Assembly (NCBI RefSeq): GCF_009914755.1
Contig: NC_060947.1
Length of the DNA: 64,000 bases
Source: the human T2T-CHM13v2.0 reference genome, Homo sapiens
Direction: 5' to 3' (one strand)
Of the stretch, positions 49,560 to 62,864 are shown piece by piece (position 1 is the first letter of the stretch; each line of letters begins with the position of its first letter). The notes under the pieces were generated by a model. That model was not told the DNA's origin. It was given only the letters and a program-made list of their open reading frames with translations, and searched no databases. The position numbers and the translations under genes are program-made.

Positions 49560-52500
49560 TAAGGGGGATCATATTTAGTGAACGCTCCTATGGACCAGCC
49601 ACCATGTCTGGTGCTTTTCTGCCCATTAACTCAGGCAGTCTTCATCATAACCCTGTGGGAGAGGGATTGTTACAAGTCTCAATTTAAACATACAGGGATC
49701 GAAACTCAGAAAGCAAAGAGAAAGATAGTATTATCGGGTGTCTTATGTGGCCCACATTGATGCACAGCAGTCATGCTTTCATATTCAACTCACAAAAATG
49801 GTCAGCAAATTTTCCATTAATCACAAATCACATAGACATACCCATATATGCCTTAGGATGCTCTTCTATATTTGCACACACAGGCTCACCCCAAAGATAA
49901 TCTCTAGTTTGACTGACATTCTGTCTTCAATGTCATCTTTAGGAGCTATATCATGGGAACTCTCATAATATGGTATGGTGGAAAGAACATGAGGTTGGGA
50001 ATCAGAACACTTCGGGTCTGCTCTTAGCTCTGCTAGTAACTTATTGTGTGATCCCTTCCCCTTCTGGGTCTCAATTTCTCTATCTGTATAATGTATAAAG
50101 CGTGGTTTGTATCAAATTGATGGTTTCCAGTTTTTGAAAAAAGGAACGCTTTTTGCACCTTAAACTACCTAAGGAATCATAATGAGAGGAAAGATTAGGT
50201 AATAGTGAAAGAATTACCAAGTGTTGGTCTAACAGAAGTTGGATAACAGAAGTTCCTCAGTGATGGGGAACTCACTTCTTTCTTATGTCATCTGTTGTTT
50301 AAACAAGTCTGGTTATTAAAATATTACAGCTTAAGGAATTCTTAGAGATCCTCTATCCAATGATTCACAAACTTTCCTTTAGCAGCCAAGTGCTTTATTT
50401 CTCAAAAGAATTGTACACAGATACAAGTGGAGCTAGTTTATTTAAAGCCAGAGCCTGTAGCTTGGGCCTCACCAGTTCAGCCTCTTTCTCTCTATCCCAG
50501 GGAAGCCCTAGGTCACTCTTGCAAAATCTTAGGGCTCCAAGGAACACAGTTTGAAAACCAGTGAAGTATATGCCCTTTAAAGGTTCTCCTAATCCTGCAA
50601 TTATGATTCAAAGATTCTTTTGAAATAACAACAACCAAACCTTCTCTTGTGGAGTCAAAGATTAACCTGCCTTTCAATAATAACTGCCATTCAGGTAGAA
50701 ATTTATAGTGAACAGAGCAATTTTGTATGTATTACCTGAATTGATTCTTATAGGAATCCTATAACATGAGATTCTTTCTCTTATTTTACAGACCAAATAG
50801 GGAAGCTGTGAGAATGATGTGATTGGCCTATAGTTACATAGTCAGAAAATAGCAGGACCAGAACTTGAGCCCAGGTTCTCTCCTGATTCCAAATTCTCTC
50901 TATTCCACTCCACCTGTAGGCTGTAGCACCACTGCAGTTCTGTAGCTCTGGGCTTTACAGTGAGGGGCCAAGGCTTCATTGAAGGCCACTTGGGTCATAG
51001 TATGGGCTTGTTGCATTTGAAGACATTTCATGTTGGCTGTCAAGTCTTAGATTTGTATTTCCAACTCACAGGGCCTGGTCACAGCCCTAACCATCTCTTA
51101 TACCTTCTCAGCTTGGGAAGCTGAGGTCGACTAGCCAATAAGAACACTGGGAAGGAAACCCAAGGACTCTGACTGGATATGCTCTGTGCCAAAACAGAGG
51201 GTTCACTCAGAGAGGAAAAATATAAAAAAGAAAAAGGAGAAGGTTGCTTTAATTCTTATCACTTTTTCATCTGGATATTTTGATATCATGTGTTTGACAG
51301 AGATTCAAAGTTTAATCTTCCCAAGCAGTTTCCAAACACTTATCTCATTTTATAGGCTACAGAGCTTTTTCATATATATGATCCCACTTAATCTTTACAA
51401 CAATTCTATGAATCATAGAGACTATTATTTCCATTTCACATGCCAAGGCTCAAAGAGGTTAACTAACTTGCTCCATTTGGTCACTTAACACATGGAACCA
51501 GAACTTGACCTAGACCTTCGGGTTTCTAAATTGGTTATCTTGACAATAACCTAGTGCAAAACACTATAGCAGAATTTGTATGACTTGGGATCACTGGGGC
51601 TTTCCTTGGCCCAACCACCAAGATGGAAAGCCCCCTCCCCTTACATTAACAAATCTGCAAGCCAATATCAGTTCACCATCTAGCTTGCCAGACTAAATGA
51701 TTTCTGACCCCAAGTCTTTTAAAAGAATAGCTTCAAAAGAAAGCCAATTACCACATTCACAAGAACTGTTCTTCATATTATCTATAATTACCTACAAGTA
51801 CAAGTAATTTGCTAATTCAATAGATTGAGTTCTTGACCTGTAAGATGAACTGTGCTAGGCCCCTAATAAGATAAATTTTGTTTTAAGTTTTCTGTGACAG
51901 TAAAGATGTATGAAAATTGCCTAGTAGAGTACCTGGCACATTAATAAATGATAACTGTTAATTTGGAGTGGGTGAGTAGACTGGGTGTGCACAGTATATT
52001 TAGAATCAAATTTATCTGGTTTGGAATCCTAGCTATGGACTAGTTCTGTGACCTTGAGCAAATCACATGTCTTCTCTGTGCTTCTGTGTCCTCATTTGTA
52101 AGATGATAGAATAATCACTACCTTTCAAATTGTTGTCAACAAAAAGATTATGTATAAAGAGCACCTAGTAACGTAGCCTGAAACATAGTCAATGCTCTGT
52201 AAATGGTGGTTTATTATTATGAGACTTGAATGCTAAGCCACTGCTTTCACGAAACTCAATTTTAGCTACCACTTGCCTTGCCTAGAAGCTCATGCATGGA
52301 CCCCAAGGTGAAATTGTGTTCTCTGAAGACCTCGGCTGGCAGATGTACTACAGCAGCAAAGATTTCCAAACTGGCCTTTCTTTGAGCCCATTCTCCCAGA
52401 CTAGACAGGAGACTACAAGTTTCTGCTGCACATGAAAAAAATATGATGTCAATCGGATTCTAGTGAGAAAACAGAGTCTCAAAGAAACTGCTTCTGCTCC

Positions 52501-55266
52501 CTAGCGTGTTTAATGTGTTTCAGAACCTGAGAATGACTCCTCTCTGTTTCTCCAGAACAGCCTAACACAGTGGCAAATGGGTGTTGAGTGAATGCATACT
52601 TAAGGAAATCTGTAGGGTTGCAGCTACTCTTTCCTCAAGTAATCCCTTGATAGTCATGTAGGCTACTTCAGAGATTGGGCATTAGAGAACAGAGTCAGGT
52701 ATTATAATCAGATTAGACTCTAGGGAGGTTAGCCAGCCATATTGCTGATATGTGCACAGTTACTGGGTTTGAGTGCTAAGCAGCTCTCATTAAGGACGGT
52801 TAATTAATATTATGGCCAAATTAAGCTTTCCCTTTTCTCTCCTCTTTGTTAGTTCGGTGGCATTTTAGGGAGAAAAAAATAAGCATCAGTATGGACAATT
52901 TGCTTGATACCTGTACAATTTAATTCTCATCCTTCCATGTGCCTTCACATTCACACATTCCACCAGAAGACCAAGGTTCACCAGCCAAAAGCTTTTCTTG
53001 CTCCCCACTGCCTCCTACCCAAGATATTCAGGGTCAACCTCCCAGGCCTCTTCTCTAAGAGATCCTTGGTTGCTACATGCTTAGACCCTGCTTCTTATTT
53101 CCTGCTGAGAAGGGTCAGTCCAAGGCATTCTGTGCTACAGAAGGGTTCCAAGCAGGAACTACTCTGGGATCTGAGGCTCCAGCCGGTCTGTCAGCGTGTC
53201 ATTACAGTGAAGGTGGGAAGCACAGGCCTGGGAGCTAAGACTGCTAAGATGAGGGACTCTAGAATCCCTGATACCTGGAAGGCCTAGGATCTAAAAGAAA
53301 AGAACAGGGAAATGGGGCTATATGAGTGGACAGGGACCAACCAAGCAGAACAATGTGTCTGGATAATGTAGACTTCAGACCTGATCCTATGGCTGACAAA
53401 AGCTGGTGACCTTGGTAGTTCCTGAGCTGTAACCTTCATTAGTGGAGTAGAAAAAACACTGGAGAAGAGAATCAGAACACCTGGGTTCTAGTATTAGTTC
53501 AGCCACATATAAACCATATGACCTTGGGTAAGTCAGTTTATTTCTCTGGCCCTCATGTTCCTTGTTGGTAAAATAAGTGCCACATCACCTAACCTCTGGG
53601 ATTATTGTGAGAGTTAAATTAGGTCATCAACAGGAAAGTGAGAAGTTTGATCTAAATTTGGGGAAGCATTCCTAATGAGGTATGATGACAAAATTTCAGA
53701 TAATTCTGGATTTGTTGGTGAGAAGAGAGAGTGTTGGTAGGGACGAGCTCTGAGGTGATGCCTTTATAACTTTAAGCATCCAACTGTTTCAAAAACTCCA
53801 GGAGAACATGGCCATGTCTGTTCTACCTGTGTATTATTGTAGACGTAGCTTCTGGGAGCCTCTGCTCTCTGAGCTTAAGGGAGGTAATTTGGAGATCATT
53901 TAATTCTCATTTTACAAAAGGAAAAAAAATTGAGGGTCTTTAGGCCATTTGTTTAGGTAATATTTCTTAAGTGCCCACTCAAATACGTGGACTGTACTAA
54001 GTACTAGGGAGGTAAAGATAAATAAGAAGATATGGTCCCTGTCTTCAAGAAGCTCCAAGTCTTGTGGGGGAGACAGACATGTATATACATAGACTTCAAT
54101 GCTGTGTAATGACTGCTATAATTGGGTGAGGCTACACAAGGTGCAATGAGAATGTAAAAGAAGAATCTTTAAGCCTTCTTCTTGGATGAGTTGGGAAAGC
54201 CTTCACAGAAGAGGTAGCCTTTGAGTGAAGACTTGAAAGATGAGTAGTGTTTACCGGATGAAAGGCCTGAGAAGGAGGAATGCATTCTAGGCAAAAGTAA
54301 CTGCCTGTGCAGAGATAACAGAGATATAGAGGCATGTGAGAGGGCAAGTGGCAAGAGATCAGTCTAGGTAGGCAGGTCATAAAGGGCCTATTCATGTATA
54401 ATGATGGCAGTAAGATGAGGATGGCAGTAGGGTGGGAAATTAGTAGGGCCAGGGTACCTATTGAGTAGAAAAGAATGGAGAGGAAATGCCAGGCAGAAAG
54501 AGGATGGACGCAAGAGAGGGAACATGAAAGTGGTGAACAGGTGGCAGTGGCTGTCAAGACATCTCTCCATACCCTGTACACTGTATGTAATATCCATCTC
54601 CCAGGGTTGTTAGAAGGGTCAAACCAGATCGTAGCTGGAAAACAGCTTTGTGAAGTGAAAACTGCTGTTTATGTGGGGGAAATGATTGTTAAACTGCATC
54701 TTTGGAAAGGTGAAGTGATCAAGAGCACAGACCTTGGAATCTGACTGCTTTGCTTTGTAACTTGGTCTGCCAATTACTAGCTGTATGATCTTGGACAAGT
54801 TCCTTAACCTCTCTCTGACTCACTTGTACTGGTTCACAGAATGGAGATAATAATAGTACTTACCTTACTCATTGTTGTGAATGTTAAATGAGATAATATA
54901 AGTAAAGTGCTTAGAAAAGAGTTAAATGTACCCCATAAATACATACAACTATCATGTACCCAAAATTATTTTTAATTTTTTTAAAAAAGAGCAATCCAAT
55001 AGCAAAAGAAAAAAAGAGTTCACTCATATAAGCAGTCAATAAGTGTTAGATTATTTTTCTCTTACAACTGACAATGCCCTTTTTGTCTCCATCATCATCT
55101 CATTTGAGCAGCTCAGGGAAGTAGGGAGGATAAGGAATATTATCCTCACCATATAGTTTGTGCTTTTCCCCACCACCCCTTAATGGCCAGCCTGGATGGT
55201 CCCTGGGGATCCTTAGGGGATGCCCGAATACCAGAGCATCTCTGCCCAACAGGGACTCAGACTTAG

Positions 55267-55464
<198 letters not shown>

Positions 55465-56393
55465 TAAGTGCTCCTGGGGCCCAGACCTCACTAAAATACA
55501 GCAGCTTGGCCAGACCTGGTTGGTGGTGATGGTGATGGGGTGACAGTGAAGCTTAGCTCATTTGATCTGCAGTTGTCGCAGCGGATGCCCCAGCCAGCCA
55601 ATCCAGTATGAGGCGGCTTTGCCCTGGCTTTCAGCCAACTGGCAGGAGCCCAGGAGGATGGTGCTGAGACCACCCCTTTCACACCCAAGAACCAATCCTA
55701 GTCATGTTTCTGGTCTGCTTTGCAGCTTATCTCAAAACCACATGGAAAGATTCCTCCCCTTCACATATAAAAGAGGCAGAAAGACTCTGGCTTTAAGGGC
55801 TGGAGTTTCTTGGGTTCTTTTGCTACCACCAAAGGCTACTTCTAGTCACCATTTGCTGAGCAACTAGTTTGTGCCAAGACTATGCTAGATACTTTCTAAA
55901 TCCTAGCTCATTGAGTCCTCATGGTGACCTGACCTCACCTTTTTATAGATAACACTATTTTTTTATGGATGGGGAAAATCAGGCTCAGCAAAATAAAGTG
56001 ACTCACCCAAAGTCACAGAGCTAGTGCCTGTTGGAGACAAGATTCAAACGTATGTCCCTGTCGATCTCAGCTCTTCTGCGTCATGGTGGTAACTGATGGG
56101 AAGGAGTACCTCTACCGCTCTCTGGCTGTGTGACCTTGGTACTGCCATTTTCCTTCCCTTAAACAGCTTTAATTAATACCTGCCCTGCCACCAGCTCCAT
56201 ATAACATCATGAATTTGGCCAGTGGCTCAGATTTTGGAATTACATTTTTCTCCACTAAAATCTCAGTTCTACTATTTTCTTAGTCAGCATCTTTGGGAAA
56301 GACCTTTAACTTTTCCGACCCTCAATTTCTTCATCCATTAATGATAACAGAACCTTCATAAGTAATTTCTTATGATAACTAAATGGGAATTGA

Positions 56394-56728
<335 letters not shown>

Positions 56729-57994
56729 GGGCATGATAATCTTTTCTATGTCTGCTGTATGAGGTCCCTCGATGGCATTGTGAATGGAGCTGGCCAGAGA
56801 AATCTTCCCAAGGACCTTGAGCTAGTCTCACCACAGAGAATCCTTCCAGTCAGGACAGGAATTGACCTTCCCCCCTCTTCAGCCCTCTAACCCAGAAGAG
56901 TCTTAAAATAAAATCTACAGGCCAATGGTTCCTTCCAGTACAGCACTGCAATGCGAGGGAGAGTGAGCGTCCCCAGCTGCCCTCTCCCAACCCTGCCAGC
57001 CTGGTAGCCAAAAGCTAAGAATAACCACTAGGCTTTTGGCACAAACTGCTTTGTGGTTTTCAGATCTCCGCAAAGTTGCCTATGATGCCATCTTCTGGGG
57101 CAGGCCTTGAAAAGCCCCCTAACTGTTCATCTCCCATCCTTAAACCCCTGCTGCCCTTAAGCAGTTGAATCAACTCCATGAGCACCTGCTCTACCTTCCC
57201 CAGAGCCCTGAGACCTTTGGAGCTTTGAAAAGTGATAATTGGTTGTTCTCTAAATCCTCATTTCCTTCTCTGCCTCTAAGTAAGCATGTGGCATCCCACC
57301 TCGGCTTCCTGGTCCAGTCTTGTTCATCTTATAAAAAGGCCTCCCTACGGGGTCAGAGGCCTAGACCCATCAAACCCAGGGCTCCTGAAACAATAGGACC
57401 CCTATTCCTCCTGTAGGAAGCCACTGTGTTAGAGCTCTCAGGGTGTCTACAAACATCTAGATAAGTGTTTCTCAACATGGATTCTGTTGACATATTGGGA
57501 AAAATAATTTTGTCATTATGTAGAATATGGTTAACATACCTGGCACCAGCCTACTCTATACCAAATAGGATTCCAGTCATTCTGACAGCCCAAACTGCTC
57601 CCACACATTTCTGACACCCACTGAAGAGGCAGTACTCTCCAGTTGAGTGCAACTAATCCCTGCCAGCCTTCCTAAGGTGCTAATGGGGAGCCTCAGACCC
57701 AAAGAGAGAGAGAAGAACTTGTCCAATGTAGGTCAACCCATTTGCTGATCTCTTCAACACCAAGCTCTATTATCAGCCCTGTTTTTTTCTTTCTTTCTCT
57801 CTTTGTAGAGATCACATGTTGTGAGGATAATGAGCTTGAACCTTAGCTGTGTGACCTTGGGCAAATTACTGAACTTCTATGTGCCGCAAATTTTATCTGG
57901 AGACTGCTGAAGAGTATTATAATAGCACCTTTCTATATGTCATTTATTGAACACCTGCTATGTGTCAGGCACTGTGCTCAGTGTTTTCCAATCT

Positions 57995-58215
57995 TCATTT
58001 CTCCTCTTATTTTCTCTCTTGCACTCCCACCAACCTTGTTCTCTTCCTAAATTCCATTCCTGCCTCATTTTTCTACCCTCCATTCTCCTCTCTCTTCCTT
58101 CCTTTAACTGTCTCCCTAGTATTTTTCCCCTTTTCCCCCTTTCTTTTCCCCTTCCCCCATGAATTTCTTCTCTTTCCTTTCCCCTTCTCTTTCCTCCATT
58201 CCCCACTTTTTCTGC
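57995..58215 (+). repeat. Pyrimidine-rich low-complexity tract
   Basis: About 220 nt, mostly C and T. Confidence 0.8.
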
Positions 58216-58716
58216 CCCTGAGGCCTGCAGCAATGTTAAAGGAATCCTCATTCCAGCATTGTGATTTCAATGGTAAAAAGATTGCAGCATTGTCATCAAC
58301 AGAGGTGGGAAAGTACATTGGAGACTGGAGCAGAGCCAGACCTCAGGGTCAGCCAATCTTACTAAAAAATTCTCTACAGTGAAAGAGCTTGGAGCAACAC
58401 TGTTCTGCTCAATTGATTTGTGATACCATCTAAACACTTCCTCTTTCTAGTTGGGCTTCAGCCTGAGTTGAATAATTCTACACCATCTGCCCTCTTCTCT
58501 CTTTCTCCAGGACAGCCAAGATCTCTCTGAGATAGGATGCTGAGCTTCCACCCAGACAATACCAGGCCTGCTCATCCTATGGAGTAGGCTAGTGGCTTGG
58601 AAACCAAAATGTCAAACCATAGCCTTTAGGCTCCATCTGGGAGGTCTTTGTCCTCACCACTTAAGTGGGTGTCAAATTTCCTTCCCTTTCTGCACACGCT
58701 GCACAATCAATTTCTG

Positions 58717-58720
<4 letters not shown>

Positions 58721-58750
<30 letters not shown>
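58721..58750 (+). repeat. (AC)15 microsatellite in intron 5
   Basis: Read directly. Confidence 0.95.
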
Positions 58751-58752
<2 letters not shown>

Positions 58753-59673
58753 TTTTTGAAGTGCTGAAAACTGGAAGGCCTACTAGCATGAGGATGCTGT
58801 GTCTTCTCTTAGAGGTATGCCATGGTCAGCCATGGAACCGAGAGGTTGCTCTTCCTTGAAAAGCTGGCCAAGCATTGGCCACTTCCCCATATAATTTATA
58901 GGTGATAATGTGGTGATCTGTTCAGAAGTGACTATAATAAATGCAACTCACATATGTCTACAGTTTCCAAACTGTGGTAAGGAGCAGCCAGCATATGAGG
59001 GAATGGGCTCCCCTTCAGCAGGGGACATTTAAACTAGACATTCAAAAACACTCCCTGGCAGATTTAACATTGGAACTCGTTTTGAAAGAACAATGTGGAA
59101 TCTCCTTCACTGGGAGTTTTTGAATAAGTATGAAATTTCTAGTATTCCAGGCCAGAGGCAAAGGGGTCAACAGGATGACCAAACACTTCGGGTCATTTGC
59201 AAATCTTGATGTCCTGATGTTAAGAGCTGACTACTGGGGCTTCTCCTAAAAATCCTTCATGTTGAGCTGCCTGGAAGGCAGGTTCTCATTCTGGCTGTAG
59301 CTGAGATGTTAGAACTGTAGTCAGGGAGACCATGTGCCTCCCCCATTGTGTTCATTTGGTTAGGCTTTCCTGTCCCTGACTCAGAAAACAGAAGGGGCAC
59401 AGAGACCTGGAAATTCCATGTGCTAACCCATATCCTGGCCAGAGAAGATGAGTAGTTATCAGGGTGTCAGGATTTTGGAAAACAGAGAGAGAAAAAAAAC
59501 AAACAAACAGACAAACAAACAAAAAAACCTTTTCCTGGTCCCTGGAGCACCAGCAGGAGAAACAGCAAGCTCTTCTTGGAAAACCTGGCGAGGGAGGGCA
59601 ATCAGAGACATTCCCTCTGGGCTTATTGTAAACTTCCCCTCATTCCTTTTTCCTCTGTGTATCTCCTTCCCAG

Positions 59674-59804
59674 GTACCGCATGCACAAGTCCCGGATGTA
59701 CAGCCAGTGTGTCCGAATGAGGCACCTCTCTCAAGAGTTTGGATGGCTCCAAATCACCCCCCAGGAATTCCTGTGCATGAAAGCACTGCTACTCTTCAGC
59801 ATTA
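59674..59804 (+). CDS. AR: AR exon 6 ([43 protein letters not shown])
   Basis: ttcccag|GT ... ATTA|gtaagt; 131 nt. Confidence 0.99.
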
Positions 59805-60667
59805 GTAAGTGCCTAGAAGTGCAGGGAATGCCCCCTGAGGGCACAGAGATTCAGAGAGGACCACTTTTGCCATTAAAACATTATTAGGGAAAAGCCAGCT
59901 CCTGGACATTTCCCTTCTTCATTCCCCCTCCCCATCCCCACTCTACTCTCTCTCAGCATCATTTTCCTAACAAGAAACAATTTCATGACTAGAAGCCAAT
60001 TTATTTGCTAGAAGTCAACCTCCATCAGATTCCCCACCTATCCCCAGTCTGTCTTTGGGACAAGGCCTTTTTGACTGGTTACAGCAGGTCTCTGAATTTT
60101 TCCATAGCTTCTGCTATAGAAACAGACATGGGCCACCTTGTATTCTTTGCAGGGCAGTAGAGCAGGAGGCATTTCCTCCTGGAAAGATTTCCTCTTCTGC
60201 CAACAGGAGGAGATCTATGTAAGCAACTCAGATAGGATTTGTATGGCAGCCAAGGAACTTTTCTTTAATATCTTTTCTAAGAGCCCTCTCTTAGCCCCTA
60301 CGGAGGGAGAAGGGCAAAATTTGATATTCAAAGCTATGTGTTTTGGTTATCTAAATCAGGGTTTTACTGTGAATGACATAAAAGCTTAGGTCCTAAAAAA
60401 TGAGTATCTGAGAAGAGTAGAAAAAGAAAAGGTTCAGGAAATTTGATTTACTTGACTCCTTTCAGATCGGATCCAGCTATCCTTTCCCCTGAGATCTCCC
60501 TGACAGACTGAAGGCCCCAAGCACACAGACTTCAACTAACAGGAAGCCAAGTAGATGGTTCCCTGTGGGGGTGGGGGTCAAGTCTGTGGTCAGAAAACTT
60601 GGTGCTTTGTCTAATGCTCCTTCGTGGGCATGCTTCCCCTCCCCATTCTGTCTTCATCCCACATCAG

Positions 60668-60825
60668 TTCCAGTGGATGGGCTGAAAAATCAAAAATTCT
60701 TTGATGAACTTCGAATGAACTACATCAAGGAACTCGATCGTATCATTGCATGCAAAAGAAAAAATCCCACATCCTGCTCAAGACGCTTCTACCAGCTCAC
60801 CAAGCTCCTGGACTCCGTGCAGCCT
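60668..60825 (+). CDS. AR: AR exon 7 ([52 protein letters not shown])
   Basis: acatcag|TT ... CCT|gtaagc; 158 nt. Confidence 0.99.
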
Positions 60826-61152
60826 GTAAGCAAACGATGGAGGGTGCTTTATCAGGGAGAACAGCCTGATAGAGCCAATGATAATATGCTTCTCTAGAGT
60901 CTGGCACCACCTGTTGGGAGGTGCTTCCATTCCCCTCTGGCTTTGAGTGTGGTCCAGGAAGAAAATGTGGTGAAGAAAAGAACACGGGTCACAGTGTCCC
61001 AGCTGGATATTGTGAAAGGGGTGGAGGAGTTGAGAACAGAGCAGTTGGGACTCAGGGAAGGGACTTGCAGCAGATGAATTCTCTAGGCAGACAAAACAGA
61101 CCTGGATGTTTTTCCCCTCTTCTTTGAGTCATGTTCATGTGAGTTTGTCTGT

Positions 61153-61155
<3 letters not shown>

Positions 61156-61197
<42 letters not shown>

Positions 61198-61391
61198 AGA
61201 GAGAGAGAGAGAGAGAGAGAGATGGAGTGCGGAGGCTTGGGTGAGAGCACAAGCTGGAGAAGTCTTGAGTCAGAGAGCTTACAATGGTATAAGACATCTC
61301 TTGGGAGCCCTCAGTGACTCCATGGAGACCATTTCTTTCTCTCTCTCTCGCTGTCTCTCTCTAACACACACACACACACACACACACACAC
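61156..61391. repeat. Mutually complementary compound microsatellites (TG)20-(AG)12 and (CT)n-(AC)14 in intron 7
   Basis: 61156-61222 and 61333-61391 read directly. Confidence 0.93.
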
Positions 61392-61482
61392 GACCTCATG
61401 GGGGAGGACCAAGGAAGTACGGGGAAGGGGGAGGAAACAAAAGGCTGAAAGACCAAAAATCAGAGGTTGGGGAAGAGGCTAG

Positions 61483-61692
<210 letters not shown>

Positions 61693-61779
61693 AGCATTGG
61701 AAACCCTATTTCCCCACCCCAGCTCATGCCCCCTTTCAGATGTCTTCTGCCTGTTATAACTCTGCACTACTCCTCTGCA

Positions 61780-61786
61780 GTGCCTT
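61780..61786 (+). promoter_or_regulatory. miR-124-3p 7mer-m8 site GTGCCTT
   Basis: Complement of miR-124 nt 2-8; AR is a reported miR-124 target. Confidence 0.6.
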
Positions 61787-61844
61787 GGGGAATTTCCTCT
61801 ATTGATGTACAGTCTGTCATGAACATGTTCCTGAATTCTATTTG

Positions 61845-61895
61845 CTGGGCTTTTTTTTTCTCTTTCTCTCCTTTCTTTTTCTTCTTCCCTCCCTA
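61845..61895 (+). promoter_or_regulatory. UC-rich mRNA stability element (HuR and poly(C)-binding protein site); contains miR-185 seed match TCTCTCC at 61865-61871
   Basis: CTGGGC(T)9CTCTTTCTCTCCTTTCTTTTTCTTCTTCCCTCCCTA matches the described 51-nt AR UC-rich element. Confidence 0.8.
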
Positions 61896-62108
61896 TCTAA
61901 CCCTCCCATGGCACCTTCAGACTTTGCTTCCCATTGTGGCTCCTATCTGTGTTTTGAATGGTGTTGTATGCCTTTAAATCTGTGATGATCCTCATATGGC
62001 CCAGTGTCAAGTTGTGCTTGTTTACAGCACTACTCTGTGCCAGCCACACAAACGTTTACTTATCTTATGCCACGGGAAGTTTAGAGAGCTAAGATTATCT
62101 GGGGAAAT

Positions 62109-62250
62109 CAAAACAAAAACAAGCAAACAAAAAAAAAAGCAAAAACAAAACAAAAAATAAGCCAAAAAACCTTGCTAGTGTTTTTTCCTCAAAAATAAAT
62201 AAATAAATAAATAAATACGTACATACATACACACATACATACAAACATAT
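62109..62250 (+). repeat. A-rich simple repeats (AAAAC)n, A10, (AAAT)n, (TACA)n
   Basis: Read directly. Confidence 0.9.
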
Positions 62251-62856
62251 AGAAATCCCCAAAGAGGCCAATAGTGACGAGAAGGTGAAAATTGCAGGCC
62301 CATGGGGAGTTACTGATTTTTTCATCTCCTCCCTCCACGGGAGACTTTATTTTCTGCCAATGGCTATTGCCATTAGAGGGCAGAGTGACCCCAGAGCTGA
62401 GTTGGGCAGGGGGGTGGACAGAGAGGAGAGGACAAGGAGGGCAATGGAGCATCAGTACCTGCCCACAGCCTTGGTCCCTGGGGGCTAGACTGCTCAACTG
62501 TGGAGCAATTCATTATACTGAAAATGTGCTTGTTGTTGAAAATTTGTCTGCATGTTAATGCCTCACCCCCAAACCCTTTTCTCTCTCACTCTCTGCCTCC
62601 AACTTCAGATTGACTTTCAATAGTTTTTCTAAGACCTTTGAACTGAATGTTCTCTTCAGCCAAAACTTGGCGACTTCCACAGAAAAGTCTGACCACTGAG
62701 AAGAAGGAGAGCAGAGATTTAACCCTTTGTAAGGCCCCATTTGGATCCAGGTCTGCTTTCTCATGTGTGAGTCAGGGAGGAGCTGGAGCCAGAGGAGAAG
62801 AAAATGATAGCTTGGCTGTTCTCCTGCTTAGGACACTGACTGAATAGTTAAACTCT

Positions 62857-62864
62857 CACTGCCA
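62857..62864 (+). promoter_or_regulatory. miR-34/449 8mer site CACTGCCA
   Basis: Exact 8mer seed match; function at this site not shown here. Confidence 0.5.

Noticed and set aside
53347-53361. ARE-like AGAACAatgTGTCTG in intron 4
   Set aside because: The second half-site lacks the conserved C; matches of this quality are common.
61821-61830. Palindrome GAACATGTTC (p53 half-site)
   Set aside because: Only one half-site, with no adjacent partner.
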